A stretch of DNA of 63,758 nucleotides, filler included, from Octopus bimaculoides (taxonomy: Eukaryota), in NCBI RefSeq assembly GCF_001194135.2. It is 6 parts of 6 records of this genome, joined end to end, with 100 filler letters (N's around TTAATTAATTAA, not from the genome) between each part and the next. Parts side by side here need not be neighbours in the genome. Positions count along the whole stretch, not along the records: positions 22,713 to 36,800 come from NC_069007.1; positions 36,901 to 54,229 come from NC_068983.1; 4 more parts are not named here. One strand, given 5' to 3'. The notes under the pieces are model-generated. The model ran no database searches, had not been told where the DNA came from, and saw only the letters and a program-made list of their open reading frames with translations. Of the stretch, positions 35,221 through 46,234 are shown piece by piece. The position numbers and the translations under genes are program-made. Numbering within the stretch: the first letter of the stretch is position 1; every line of letters starts with the position of its first letter.

Positions 35221-35439
35221 GTAGTAGTAGTAGTAGTAGTATTGCTTGTCTTAGAATATATGTTGTTCATATTGTGCTTCTAATGCATTGGTATTACGGT
35301 TTTCATAATAATAGTAACAAAATTTATCATAAAACGCAATTATGAAGATTATAATGCTTATACCTTTATAAGTATTAATGTAAAATGATAGGTAATACCT
35401 ATAAACTAAATAGATATGTCTGTTGTAAGTGTGAACAAT

Positions 35440-35611
35440 ATATCAGACAAGGATCAGGACATTGAAATACAAAAAATAGGGCCTGTTACTGAAGAAATCC
35501 TTTGCGCGAAAGGTAAAACAACCACTCTTTCTCTCCTTCCCCGAGCGTCTTGTTATACTTTGCATGTACCACATAGTCGCGTTGTTGTTTTATCTTGTCT
35601 TTTTTCTCCGG

Positions 35612-35612
<1 letters not shown>
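35440..35612 (+). mobile_element. Family P2 small element with hammerhead-like core
   Basis: gttaCTGAAGAaatcctttgcgcGAAAGGTAaaac at 35485-35519; stem II poorly paired. Confidence 0.45.
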
Positions 35613-35643
<31 letters not shown>

Positions 35644-35676
35644 GGTTATTAATATCATATATATATATATATATAT

Positions 35677-35878
35677 TGCCATGATAGATCGCTGACCACT
35701 ACATTTATATATTTTTTCTCCTTGTTTTTCTCCTTATTTCTTTCTGTGTTCCTTTCAGTTGAAGAGCGTACCTCGAAACATCAAAAACTTTCTCTATTCC
35801 CGAGCGTTAAACTAATACATCGATTTGTTGTTTACACCACCTGTCTTCGTCCGTTGCTTTTTTCGTAAATTCTGCCAT
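35677..35878 (+). mobile_element. Family P1 small element, complete between two (TA)n tracts
   Basis: ctttCAGTTGAaGAGCgtaCCTCGAAACATCaaaa at 35752-35786; colinear with 26918-27118. Confidence 0.62.
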
Positions 35879-35945
35879 ATATATATATATANNNNNNNNN
35901 NNNNNNNNNNNNNNNNNNNNNNNNNNNNNNNNNNNNNNNNNNNNN

Positions 35946-36072
35946 CAAACGATACAATAAGTATGAGGCTTAAAAGTGTACTGATGTCGATTCGTTCGAT
36001 TAAAATTCTTCAATTCGGTGCTCCAGCATGGCTGCGGTCCGATGATTGAAACAAGGAAAAGAATAAAAGAAT
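35946..36072 (+). mobile_element. Family C SINE tail
   Basis: cggtgctccagcatggctgcggtccgatgattgaaacaagg. Confidence 0.7.
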
Positions 36073-36086
36073 ATAGGCTATCATTT

Positions 36087-36320
36087 CTTATTTCTTTACT
36101 GCTCACAAGGGGCTAAACAAAGACGAGACAAACAAGTACAGACAAAGGAATTAAGTCGATTACGTCCACCCCAGTGCGTATCTGGTACTTATTTAATCGA
36201 ACCCGAAAGGATGAAAAGCAAAGTCAACCTCGGCGGAATTTGAACTCAAAACGTATAAACAGACGAAATACTGCTACGCATTTCGCCCGGTGTGCTAACG
36301 TTTCTGCGAGCTCGCCGCCT
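36087..36320 (-). mobile_element. Family B SINE, CpG-rich copy
   Basis: Colinear with 13441-13668. Confidence 0.8.
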
Positions 36321-36900
36321 TGTATGACAAAGCTATCGTTTCTATAATGTTATCACAACTATGTATTTAGTGCGAGAATTTTTTATCAAGATATATTTTT
36401 TAACTCAAAGTTAAACAATCCAATTTTCTGCACAGATATTTTGTAAAGCAATAAATTTCAACGAAAGTTGAGTGTATGCTAGGAATGAATGAAAATGTTA
36501 CCTTTTTTTATAGACAATCAAGCCTGCTCCCGCCCCCACCCCGCACGTGTTTACATTTATGTATGTATGCATGCAATTATGTATCTCTCGGTGTGTCTAG
36601 ATAAACATACGTAAACACACAAACACACAGACTACATATATTCACACGCTCCCTTCCATTCACGTGGAATACAAGCAGTAAATCCCTACAGCCACCCCCG
36701 CATAGACAATGCATATATATATATATATATATATATGTATACATAAATATATGCACACACATATATATATGATATATATAAATATATATATATATGTATA
36801 NNNNNNNNNNNNNNNNNNNNNNNNNNNNNNNNNNNNNNNNNNNNTTAATTAATTAANNNNNNNNNNNNNNNNNNNNNNNNNNNNNNNNNNNNNNNNNNNN

Positions 36901-37252
36901 CTGTAGCTGGTCTTCTCTTGGAAGAGCCCTGCTTCTCACATGGACAACTGTATGTTGGCTGCTCAAGAGTGGGCAGCAAAAAAACCTATTTGTATATGCT
37001 CCACAAGGGAAAACAAGGAACATTGTTTACAACGAGGTGTTATAATCACAACAGCAAGAAAGTATGTACATGATCACCTTTTACGAAACTTCATTGACTT
37101 TAATATATTTATATTGATATACATATATATACGTGTGTTTGGGTGCGTGTGTGTATATACATCTCTATATATAAAGATGATGCGTAGTCTAGATGGTGTT
37201 TTTAGATTTCATTATTCTCTTTAACCCGGGTAACGCCGGGTATTTCTGCTAG
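36901..37252 (+). mobile_element. Helitron 3' end with PIF1-helicase C-terminus
   Basis: GLLLEEPCFSHGQLYVGCSRVGSKKNLFVYAPQGKTRNIVYNEVL*; hairpin cccgg..ccggg at 37225-37240; CTAG|T terminus. Confidence 0.88.
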
Positions 37253-37439
37253 TATTCTATATAACGTAATAGCTTTTTGTCCAATAGGTGAACTGAAGTA
37301 ATGTAAAATAGTTTTGTGTGGTAACTATGAGAGATCACGAAATATTGTGAGACCTAACAGTTATAGTGAGTGAGAATTTTAATTGGCTGTTGCTCTGGAG
37401 AAGAGCAGGTGAGGTATATGTTTGTCTATTTTGTTAATA

Positions 37440-37575
37440 CGAGGTCTGATCAATAAGTATCCGGACTGTTGCCATAGTAACGAAGGTAAAGCACGCAGTG
37501 AAGCCACTTGGGAAAGGTTGACTTTGAACTCTGTTGTGCATGCGCATTAAGTTTTAACATTCTAGCTCACTTCTG
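37440..37575 (+). mobile_element. Mariner-like element left end
   Basis: TA|CGAGGTCTGATCAATAAGTATCCGGACT; no right TIR found. Confidence 0.5.
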
Positions 37576-38033
37576 CCCAACATATACAGAAATGGAATCT
37601 GTATATGTTGGGCATTAGAGGTTTAGGTTGTATTCAGAAAGTTAAGAAGTGAAGGGTGTCCTATCAGAAACAACTGTCGTTAGACTTTCTGGCTGGAATC
37701 CTTAATGGAACCAACTAAGACTATGGATATTATAAAACCATCTTGTCCTTGCTCTACCCTCAAAGTTCCCTGCTGGTTGGCTTGGCTTGAAAGCTCTGCC
37801 TTGTGATTCTTTCCTGTGATCTTCTAATCACGTCTGTAATACTGGAGCTGTAACTTCTCTGTGCAAACCTGAAGGAACTCCATTTCGACACTTTTGGTCA
37901 TTACCCAATATTCATGACCATATGTGAAGTGAATTGGAGATAGCAAGTTTGGCTTCAACGTCTCTTATTCTGAGAATCAATTGCTAGAGCTGATCCATTA
38001 CTGTGTCAGCATCTGCAATTCTAACATCCAATT

Positions 38034-38365
38034 CTGGCACTTGTGCCCGTGGCATACGTAAGGACTTTCGAGTGAGCTCGTTGCCAGTGCCCCTGGACTG
38101 GCCCTTGTGCAGGTGGCACATAAAATACACCGTTTTGAGCATGGCCGTTGCCAGTATCGCCTGACTGGCCTTCGTGCCGGTGACACGTAAAAGCACCCAC
38201 TACACTCTCGGAGTGGTTGGCGTTAGGAAGGGCATCCAGCTGTAGAAACTCTGCCAAATCAGATTGGAGCCTGGTGTAGCCTTCGGGTTCCACCAGCCCT
38301 CAGTCAAATCGTCCAACCCATGCTAGCATGGAAAGCGGACGTTAAACGATGATGATGATGATGAT
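38034..38365 (+). mobile_element. Family A RTE-tail element, 5'-truncated
   Basis: Homology to family A; (GAT)n tail. Confidence 0.82.
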
Positions 38366-39268
38366 TTCAGCCTTCTGGCTTCCACCACTTGTGAAAATGA
38401 CCCTGATATATGTAAACTTATTCCCTTATATGAGTGATGATTCATTTGTATTTATGCCATATTGTTCTACATGAAAATGCTCATTACATTTTTTTTGTCA
38501 CAAGTGAGTGGTGTCTGTTATAACAACTTACTGATGGTTCAACTGTATTGGCACAATCATGGTAGAGTGGTTAAGAAAACCTGATCATCATAGCATAGTT
38601 AACAGGTCACAGTGATGGCTATGTGGTAAAGAGGGTGCAAGCTGTGTAGTGAAGAAGAAACCAGGCATGGTTCCTTGTTTAATTCTGTTGTATGGTACCT
38701 TCTGAAAATGGAAACCTGTAACCAACAAGTGATCTTCTATTCTTATTGCCTGACCTGCTAGAAATAGCAACCAAATTTAAGTTATACCTATTTGTCAGTA
38801 ATTAAATATACATTTGGCAATGGCAATTGTGGGATCTGATATGCAGAAATGTGATGGCTACAGCTGGAAAACAGTTGGATCAAAGGTCTGCCCTATTGTT
38901 TACTAGATGTGATATTAATAGTTGGCTATGAGGAAAATATTACCTTGCTTGGAAACTGGTGAGAAGAGTATCTGGCCATAGAAGATCAATCTCAATAAAT
39001 TCCATCTAACCTATGCAAGCACAGAAAATGGATGTTCAAATAATGATGATGCTAACTCTGTGATGTATCTGACAATGCATATAATCCCTCTGACATCATC
39101 ATCTTTTCATTTTTGCCTTTATATTCTTTTTATTTCGCTTTTTTCTTTCATTCTTGCTGTACTATTTTACAACAGTTTTATTCCTTTGAGTGTTTTTGTT
39201 GTCTGTTTTCTCTGGTAAACAGTCCAAAGCAATTTTTATTAAACATCTGTTACAGAAGCATACGCTTC

Positions 39269-39322
<54 letters not shown>

Positions 39323-39330
39323 TTGTGTGT

Positions 39331-39535
39331 CTGTGTTTGTCCCCCAACATCGCTTGACAACCGATGCTGGTGTGTTTACGTCCCCTTAACTTAGCGGTTC
39401 GGCAAAAAGAGACCGATAGAATAAGTACTAGGCTTCCAAAGAATAACTCCTGGGGTTGATTTGCTCGACTAAAGGCGGTGCTCTAGCATGGCCACAGTCA
39501 AAAGACTGAAACAAGTAAAAGAATAAAAGAAAAGA
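39331..39535 (+). mobile_element. Family C SINE 3' half
   Basis: Begins at a microsatellite; ends aagtaaaagaataaaag. Confidence 0.8.
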
Positions 39536-39660
39536 AATACTATCTGAAAATACGATGGTGTTGTTACTGACAAAATACTTTCGACTCCGTCTGCTTGACC
39601 AAGGTTAATCCAAGCCTAAAGAACAGCCACCACAAGAAAGAGGTTTACATGTAAACAACA

Positions 39661-39863
39661 CTCTTTTACTCTTTTACTTGTTTCAGTCATTTGACAGCAG
39701 CCATGCTGGAGCACCGCCTTTATTCAAGCAAATCGACCCCAGGACTTATTCTTTGGAAGCCTAGTACTTATTCTATCGGTCTCATTGGCCGAACCGCTAA
39801 GTTACAGGGACGTAAACACACCAGCATCGGTTGTCAAGCGATGATGGGGGGGGGGCCCTACAC

Positions 39864-39912
<49 letters not shown>

Positions 39913-40068
39913 ACGGGCTTCTTTCAGTTTCCGTCTACCAAATCCATTCACAAGGCTTTGGTCGGCCCGAGGCTATAGTAGAAGACACTTGCCCAAGGTG
40001 CCACGCAGTGGGAATGAACCCGGAACCATGTGGCTGGTAAGCAAGCTACTTACCACACAGCCACTCCA
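39661..40068 (-). mobile_element. Family C SINE, full length
   Basis: Head, core, internal (TA)n and tail all present. Confidence 0.82.
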
Positions 40069-40079
40069 TATTAGTAAAG

Positions 40080-40378
40080 TCCTGTGGCTTAGTGGTTAAT
40101 GTATTTGGCTCATGATTATAAGGTCATGAGTTCAACTCCTAGTCGTGCATTGTATCTTGCTTCAGTTCACTCAGCTAGCAAAAATGAGTGATATTTTGTA
40201 TTTCAAAGGGTCAAGCCTTGTAACATTTTGTCGTGCTGAGTCTCCCTAAGAACTACTTCAAGCACATGCGTGTTTCTTGCCTGCTCAGTCCCTTGCACAT
40301 TAGTTTCACGAGCGGGCCTTTCTGTTGATCACATCAAGCAGAACCCTTGCCATTGTAACCAACAGAGTGTCAGTTAGC
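40080..40378 (+). mobile_element. Old SINE with E-like head and D-like tail
   Basis: gtggcttagtggtt..gagttcaactcc head; ttcaaagggtcaagccttgtaac..ttcacgagc..ttgatc tail like 47858-48060. Confidence 0.5.
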
Positions 40379-41066
40379 TGCTACATTGCACATGTAGTTA
40401 ACTCGGTCATTTTGTTAGGCAACATATTTTAAAACTTAGTTTCCAATAAAACGCATCAATACATTATTTTTAATAGATGAATAGTGTTCTATGCCTAGCA
40501 TGAAAGATTGCTGAAAATAGCAACAAAAATGAAAGATTGCTAAAAATAGTAACAAAAGATTATCTGATGAAAATCTCAGCACAGCAGTATATATTATAGA
40601 TCGCTAATACCTAGTAAATTGAACATATGTGATTACCTAGCAACAATATTCAGTACCAGCATATAATAAATGTGATCTGCACAAGCCAACAAGTGATCTT
40701 CTATTCTTATTGCCTGACCTGCTAGAAATAGCAACCAAATTTAAGTTATACCCATTTGTCAGTAATTAAATATATATTTGGCAATGGCAATTGTGGGATC
40801 TGATATGCAGAAATGTGATGGCTACAGCTGGAAAACAGTTGGATCAAAGGTCTGCCCAATCTGGGCTAATTTCGATTTATCAACATTTGTACAGAATAAT
40901 TTTTTTTCTTGTCCTTCTTGTTGTTTTTTCAAATGACTGTATAGTTGAAGTTCTGAACTGTTTTAGTGGCCGGATGGTCAGATCTTACTGCTGTCATTGC
41001 ACTGTTCCTTATAAGCTTGTAAGCTAACTGCACTTCTCCCACTGTGCTTGACTTTTTTTTTTTTTT

Positions 41067-41373
41067 GTGTGTGTGCCCTTTTAAAGCCTAGCCAGGCTCA
41101 TGGGCCTGGTTTCCCAGTTTCTATGGCATATGTGTTCCCCACCAGCTGGACGGGACGCCAGTCCATTGCAGCTTTACTCAAGAAACAGGAAGAAAGAGTG
41201 AAAGAAAGTTGGGTGAAAGAGTACAACAAGGGTCGCCACCATCCCCTGCCAGAGCCTCATGGAGCTTTAGGTGTTCTTGCTCAATAAACACACACAACGC
41301 CTGGTCTGAGAATCGAAACTGCGATCTTCCGACCGTGAGTCCGCTGCCCTCACCACTGGGTCATTGCGCCTCC
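41067..41373 (-). mobile_element. Family D head with V-domain-like tail
   Basis: Head ggaggcgcaatgacccagtgg; tail gctgcaatggactggcgtcccgtccagc ending in (CA)n. Confidence 0.72.
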
Positions 41374-41974
41374 ACGCTTGACTGACTTACAAAGAAATAA
41401 AAGAAACAGATTTCACCACCACCACCTCCCGATCACCTTCACAGTTCAGAAGATAGTTGTATTCAACTGTTAAAAAAAAAAAATGCCCTAGCATTTATGT
41501 TGAAAATTGTAATTACAGCTTTCAATTATTTCTAGTTGCAGCAACAAACAGTGCAGGCATGGGATTTAAAAAATTGAGTCCGATAAACAATGTACTTGTG
41601 ATTTAAAAAAATTAAATGTAAGTCTACATAGTCTATAAGGTAGCATGGAGTAAGGAGTTCTGTGACACGCTGAGTTGTTGGGCATATATTCATGTAGAGT
41701 ACGCATTTCTGAATTTTTGAATCTGTCACTCCCTTTAAGAATTTTTATTGTCCTCGCCCCCAGTCACACACTCAGTAAAATCATGTGGTAATACTGGAGT
41801 TAGGTAGAGTGAATTTAGTAGTGTTTACACAACATTTATACTCATTTAATCTCTTTGTTATCAATGATGACCTATTTTACCAGTGATTATGAATATTTTT
41901 AAATGTTCATACTGTGCGACATTAGAAATCAAAGGGAGTTAATTTCTTTCACAGTTTGCCTGAAAATGGGTAAG

Positions 41975-42150
41975 CATGATCACCTAACATTCAACTTCCA
42001 TACTAGCATGGGCTCGATGGCTTCACAGCACCTAACCAGTTAGATGACTGCATCATGCGCCAATGTTTCTGGCTGGTTCCTGTTGCTTGATGTCCTTCCT
42101 GATACCAATCACTTTACATAGTGTACTGAGTGCTTTTATCATGGAACCAG
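41975..42150 (-). mobile_element. Old RTE-type tail
   Basis: ttccatactagcatggg..gatgtccttcctgataccaatcac. Confidence 0.5.
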
Positions 42151-42487
42151 AACTTGTGATGGTCACCTTGTAACTAGCCAGGCTAAGGCCCTAAAATGGC
42201 CCCCTATTACTGAGGGGGAACAGAAGAGTGTGAGCAATGATCATAGCTAGTGGGATGAGGGAATGGTAAAAAGCAAGGATGGGGGAGTATGGCAGGGAAC
42301 AGAGAAGAGAGCAAGAATTAATGACAGTTGAGAAAAGAGTTGAAAAGGTGAGAGGGTAGGTTGTGTAAGGAGGGGGTCTGAGTTATCCAACATCATAAGA
42401 AGTGAATATAGACAGGTGTGAGGGTGGAGAGAAATTTTGAGTAAGTCATTGAAGGAATGAGAGTTGGAAGAAATGCAGGTTCATCAG

Positions 42488-42537
42488 ATCCCCCGACCGC
42501 GAGTCCGCTGCCCTACCCACTGGGCTATTGCGCCTCC
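42488..42537 (-). mobile_element. Family D SINE head only
   Basis: gagtccgctgccctacccactgggctattgcgcctcc. Confidence 0.65.
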
Positions 42538-42579
42538 ATTTTAAGATATTTAGCAAAGCGAAATTCATTTACTAGGACT

Positions 42580-43010
42580 AAAGTACATTACATAGACTAT
42601 GAAAGTATTAGAACTTCCATTCTTTTGGTTTATCCAGTGGATACATAATTTACTCTTTTGAGGTTCTTTCAAAATCTTTTGCCATTTCCTCAATGTGTCG
42701 TAAAGTATTGCTACTGAAAGAATAACCTTAAGAACAACATCGGACTTATTCTTCGTAACAGTTTCTATGATATTCTTTTATAATATCTTATCTAATTCTA
42801 TGTGACATTCCTTTTCTCTGCAATGTCAGTATGTGTTAGTGTCTTCTTGTTGTGATCTTTTATCTTCAAAAGCTTCATTGCAACATCTTGTGTCTTTTCA
42901 TGTTATGCACATAAGTATTGTCTCATTAGCGACCAAAAAGCGAAAATCAAATTTCAAATATTCCTGTATATATTAATATTTTTTCTAAGCATTGAAGTCC
43001 GACATATTGC
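42580..43010 (-). pseudogene. Decayed hAT (Charlie/Buster-like) transposase fragment
   Basis: Minus-strand pieces EYLKFDF, IAE..IIETV and SFSSNTLRHIEEMAKDFE resemble EYLKFGF and LSNNTV.RRI.EMA.D.E motifs. Confidence 0.5.
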
Positions 43011-43836
43011 AAATGTAATGAGTTATAGTATAGGTCCAGAACCTTTATCATATAAATGCAGTAACAACTAAAGCTGTCTCTTCACAATTATCATAAACTA
43101 ATGGAACTTGTGAAAATTCCATGGGTTTCGCTGGTGAAAACTGAGAACTGTTGATGTCTGTTACTGTGATGGTGGAAACTACTACAAGTGGCAGAGGGAG
43201 GGAGAAATGGTAAAGAAAGCTTAACAAATATTAGTGAAAGATAGGAGGAAAAAACAGAAACACTGAGGAATAAATTTCAGACATATAATCCTACTCATAT
43301 ACTGGAAATTATAATAGCTTGCTGTGGTGATGATGTTGAGTGCATTAGTTAATGGAGATGGTGCTTGTGAGTAGTGAAGATTTGATTGCAACAAGTTATA
43401 TATTTTTTTTTTTAAATGTGATTAAATGCATGTGCTTTAGTGTAAGCAATTGTCATTGAGCAACATTGTCACCACCATTCCTATGACTACCAACAACAAG
43501 CAAGCCATCACAAACAGCAAAAGGCATCATCACTGCCACTACTACTATTTACTATCATCATCTCTTATTCATCTCTTATTTTCTCTTTCTTTTTTATCTC
43601 TAGTTTTTCTGTATTTTTTCTCTTACATTTTCTTATGTGAAGGCTTACTGCATCTCTTCTTCTCTCCTCCCTCTCTTCCCCTGTCTTTCTATTAACATGA
43701 CTGTTACCATTGTTGCCTCCACCACCATCATTTCCATAATTACCATCTTTTTGAATTTTACTTAGAGTTATTTCCCTTAGCACGACACAAAAGGTAGGTA
43801 GGTAGGAAAGTACTATGGGATTAATATTGCTTCCAC

Positions 43837-43869
<33 letters not shown>

Positions 43870-44015
43870 TGTCGTTTAACGTCCGCTTTCCATGCTAGCA
43901 TGGGTTGGACGATTTGACTGAGGACTGGTGAAACCAGATGGCTACACCAGGCTCCAATCTGATTTGGCAGTTTCTACAGCTGGATGCCCTTCCTAACGCC
44001 AACCACTCAGAGAGT
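43837..44015 (-). mobile_element. Family A tail, 5'-truncated, flanked by ~100-bp direct repeats
   Basis: Repeats at 43727-43827 and 44016-44112 differ by 3 substitutions and one GTAG unit. Confidence 0.85.
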
Positions 44016-44214
44016 ATCATTTCCGTAATTACCATCTTTTTGAATTTTACTTTGAGTTATTTCCCTTAGCACGACACAAAAGGTAGGTAGGAAAGTACTA
44101 TTGGATTAATATATAGATTATATAAACTATAGTTCCTGTTGTAACAGGTAATTGAAAATAATTCCACCCACCTGCAAAGGTTGAAATAAATGTGTCTACA
44201 GTTATTGCTAGTGA

Positions 44215-44562
44215 CGTATTGCCCTTCCTGTTGACACCCCTCACCTGTTTCCATATAAGGTAATATTTCCCCATGATCAGATATATTTTGACAGACAACT
44301 GGAAATGAAGGACACTGCTTGAATGATGGTGACACTCATTTACAACTATCACATGAAATCAAGGCAAGGAGACAATAACTCACACATAAACATACATAAG
44401 CATTTTTATATGACAGTCTTTTCGTTTCCATCTTCCAAATCCATTCACAAGGCTTTGGACGAATTGGAGCTATAGGAGAAGATGCTTGCCCAAGGTGTCA
44501 TGCAGTGGGACTGGACCCACGATTGGGAAACAAACTTCTTACCACATGCCATGCCTGCACCT
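44215..44562 (-). mobile_element. C2 SINE (C head + RTE-type tail), diverged
   Basis: Colinear with 17785-18218 in reverse. Confidence 0.6.
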
Positions 44563-45574
44563 AATGTGTGTGTGTCATTTATATCCCCTATAAACAAAAC
44601 ATTTGGCTAATGTTCAATGTATGAAAAAGCAGAATATCGTACTTTACTTGTAAGATAAGCGTTGGTGTTTTATCCAGCCCATAGCAGTGTATATAAATGA
44701 TGATAGAAATAATATTTTTTTATGCTATTCATTAAGTTAAATCAAGCTAATCACTGCACTTAATGTAATAGTTTTGCTAACAACTACTAATTTGTATTCT
44801 TTCCATTTGCCTCAGCTTGTCTTCGAATGTCCTTCTTGCCTCCTTCCTTCCAGCACCCACCAATAAGATGGTTGCACTTATGCCCTCATGGGTACTGGAA
44901 TCACTGGATTAGATTTTCAAAGCACTGAGAAATGCCATGTAATCATTGCTCCAGTGTATTATGGTTTACTCTGGTTGGAAGCAATTTGCAAAAAAAGCAA
45001 AACAGATGCATTTGCTCTTGTGTTATGAACACTGAAGTTGAGCATGTTAGCTGAGTAAAATGATTTTATTCTATTGGCTGTTTCTGATTGCAAGATTTTT
45101 CTGTTGAACTTTTACACTCAATTACTTGTTCCGTAGAGGACAGATAGTAAAGTTGGGACTGCCTACTTCAAGTCTGCAAGTTCAAATCACTGCAGGTATT
45201 TCATGGTTTCTTGACAACAGAATACATTGTTCCACATTGCATCACTACTCCTACTACTATTTGTAGCAGTGAGCTCTATGTACATCCATATCCACTTTCA
45301 TGTCTACTTAGGGATTATTAACCATATTATAACCAACACAAATCTGTTGTTGTAATATTTAATGATATCCACTCCTGTATTTGAATAGGCTACATACCAC
45401 CAGTAAAGTAGTCAAACACACTTATGTATAATGAGTGTGTGTGTGTGTATGTAAAATATTATGGTATAGGCACTAGTTTGAAGCAGAAAAGAGCAACAAT
45501 TTGTTAGTTAAGGAAAATAATTTGGATTTTAGGGTAGTAATTTTTACTCACCGTATATGTATTCTCAAATATAA

Positions 45575-45724
45575 GGCAGCATGTCTGTGTGATAAGAAGC
45601 TTGCTTCCCAATCACATGGTTCCAGGTTCAGTCCCACTGCATGGCAAGTGTTTTCTGTTATAACTTAAGGTTGACCAAAGCCTTGTGAGTGGATTTGGTA
45701 GATGGAAACCGAAAGAAGCCCATC

Positions 45725-45756
<32 letters not shown>

Positions 45757-45965
45757 CTGTGTCTGTATGTCTCCCATCACTGCTTGACAACTGGCGTTGG
45801 TGTGTTTATGTCCCCGTAACTTGGTGGTTTGGCCAAAGATACTGATAGAATAAGTACTAGGTTTAAGAAATAAGTCCTGGAGTTGACTTGTTTGACTAAA
45901 AAAACTCTTCCAGGTGGTGCTCCAGCATGGCTGCAGTCATGTGACTGACACAAAAGAATAAAAAC
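45575..45965 (+). mobile_element. Family C SINE, near full length
   Basis: Head, internal (TG)n and tail present. Confidence 0.8.
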
Positions 45966-46147
45966 TAATATTGGAGTTCTTATAAAGTCTCTTATTTTCC
46001 TTTGAAGGTTGTCTCCTTTCCATAACCTTGGATAGGGGCCATACTGGGTACTGTCAGCTGGAGCCAGCTGAGCTCGGGACTCATGTCAGGCAGGGTCATC
46101 ACTCCCTGAAGTAGTGAAGAAAATCACTACCCACTACCTAAGACAAA

Positions 46148-46150
<3 letters not shown>

Positions 46151-46234
<84 letters not shown>

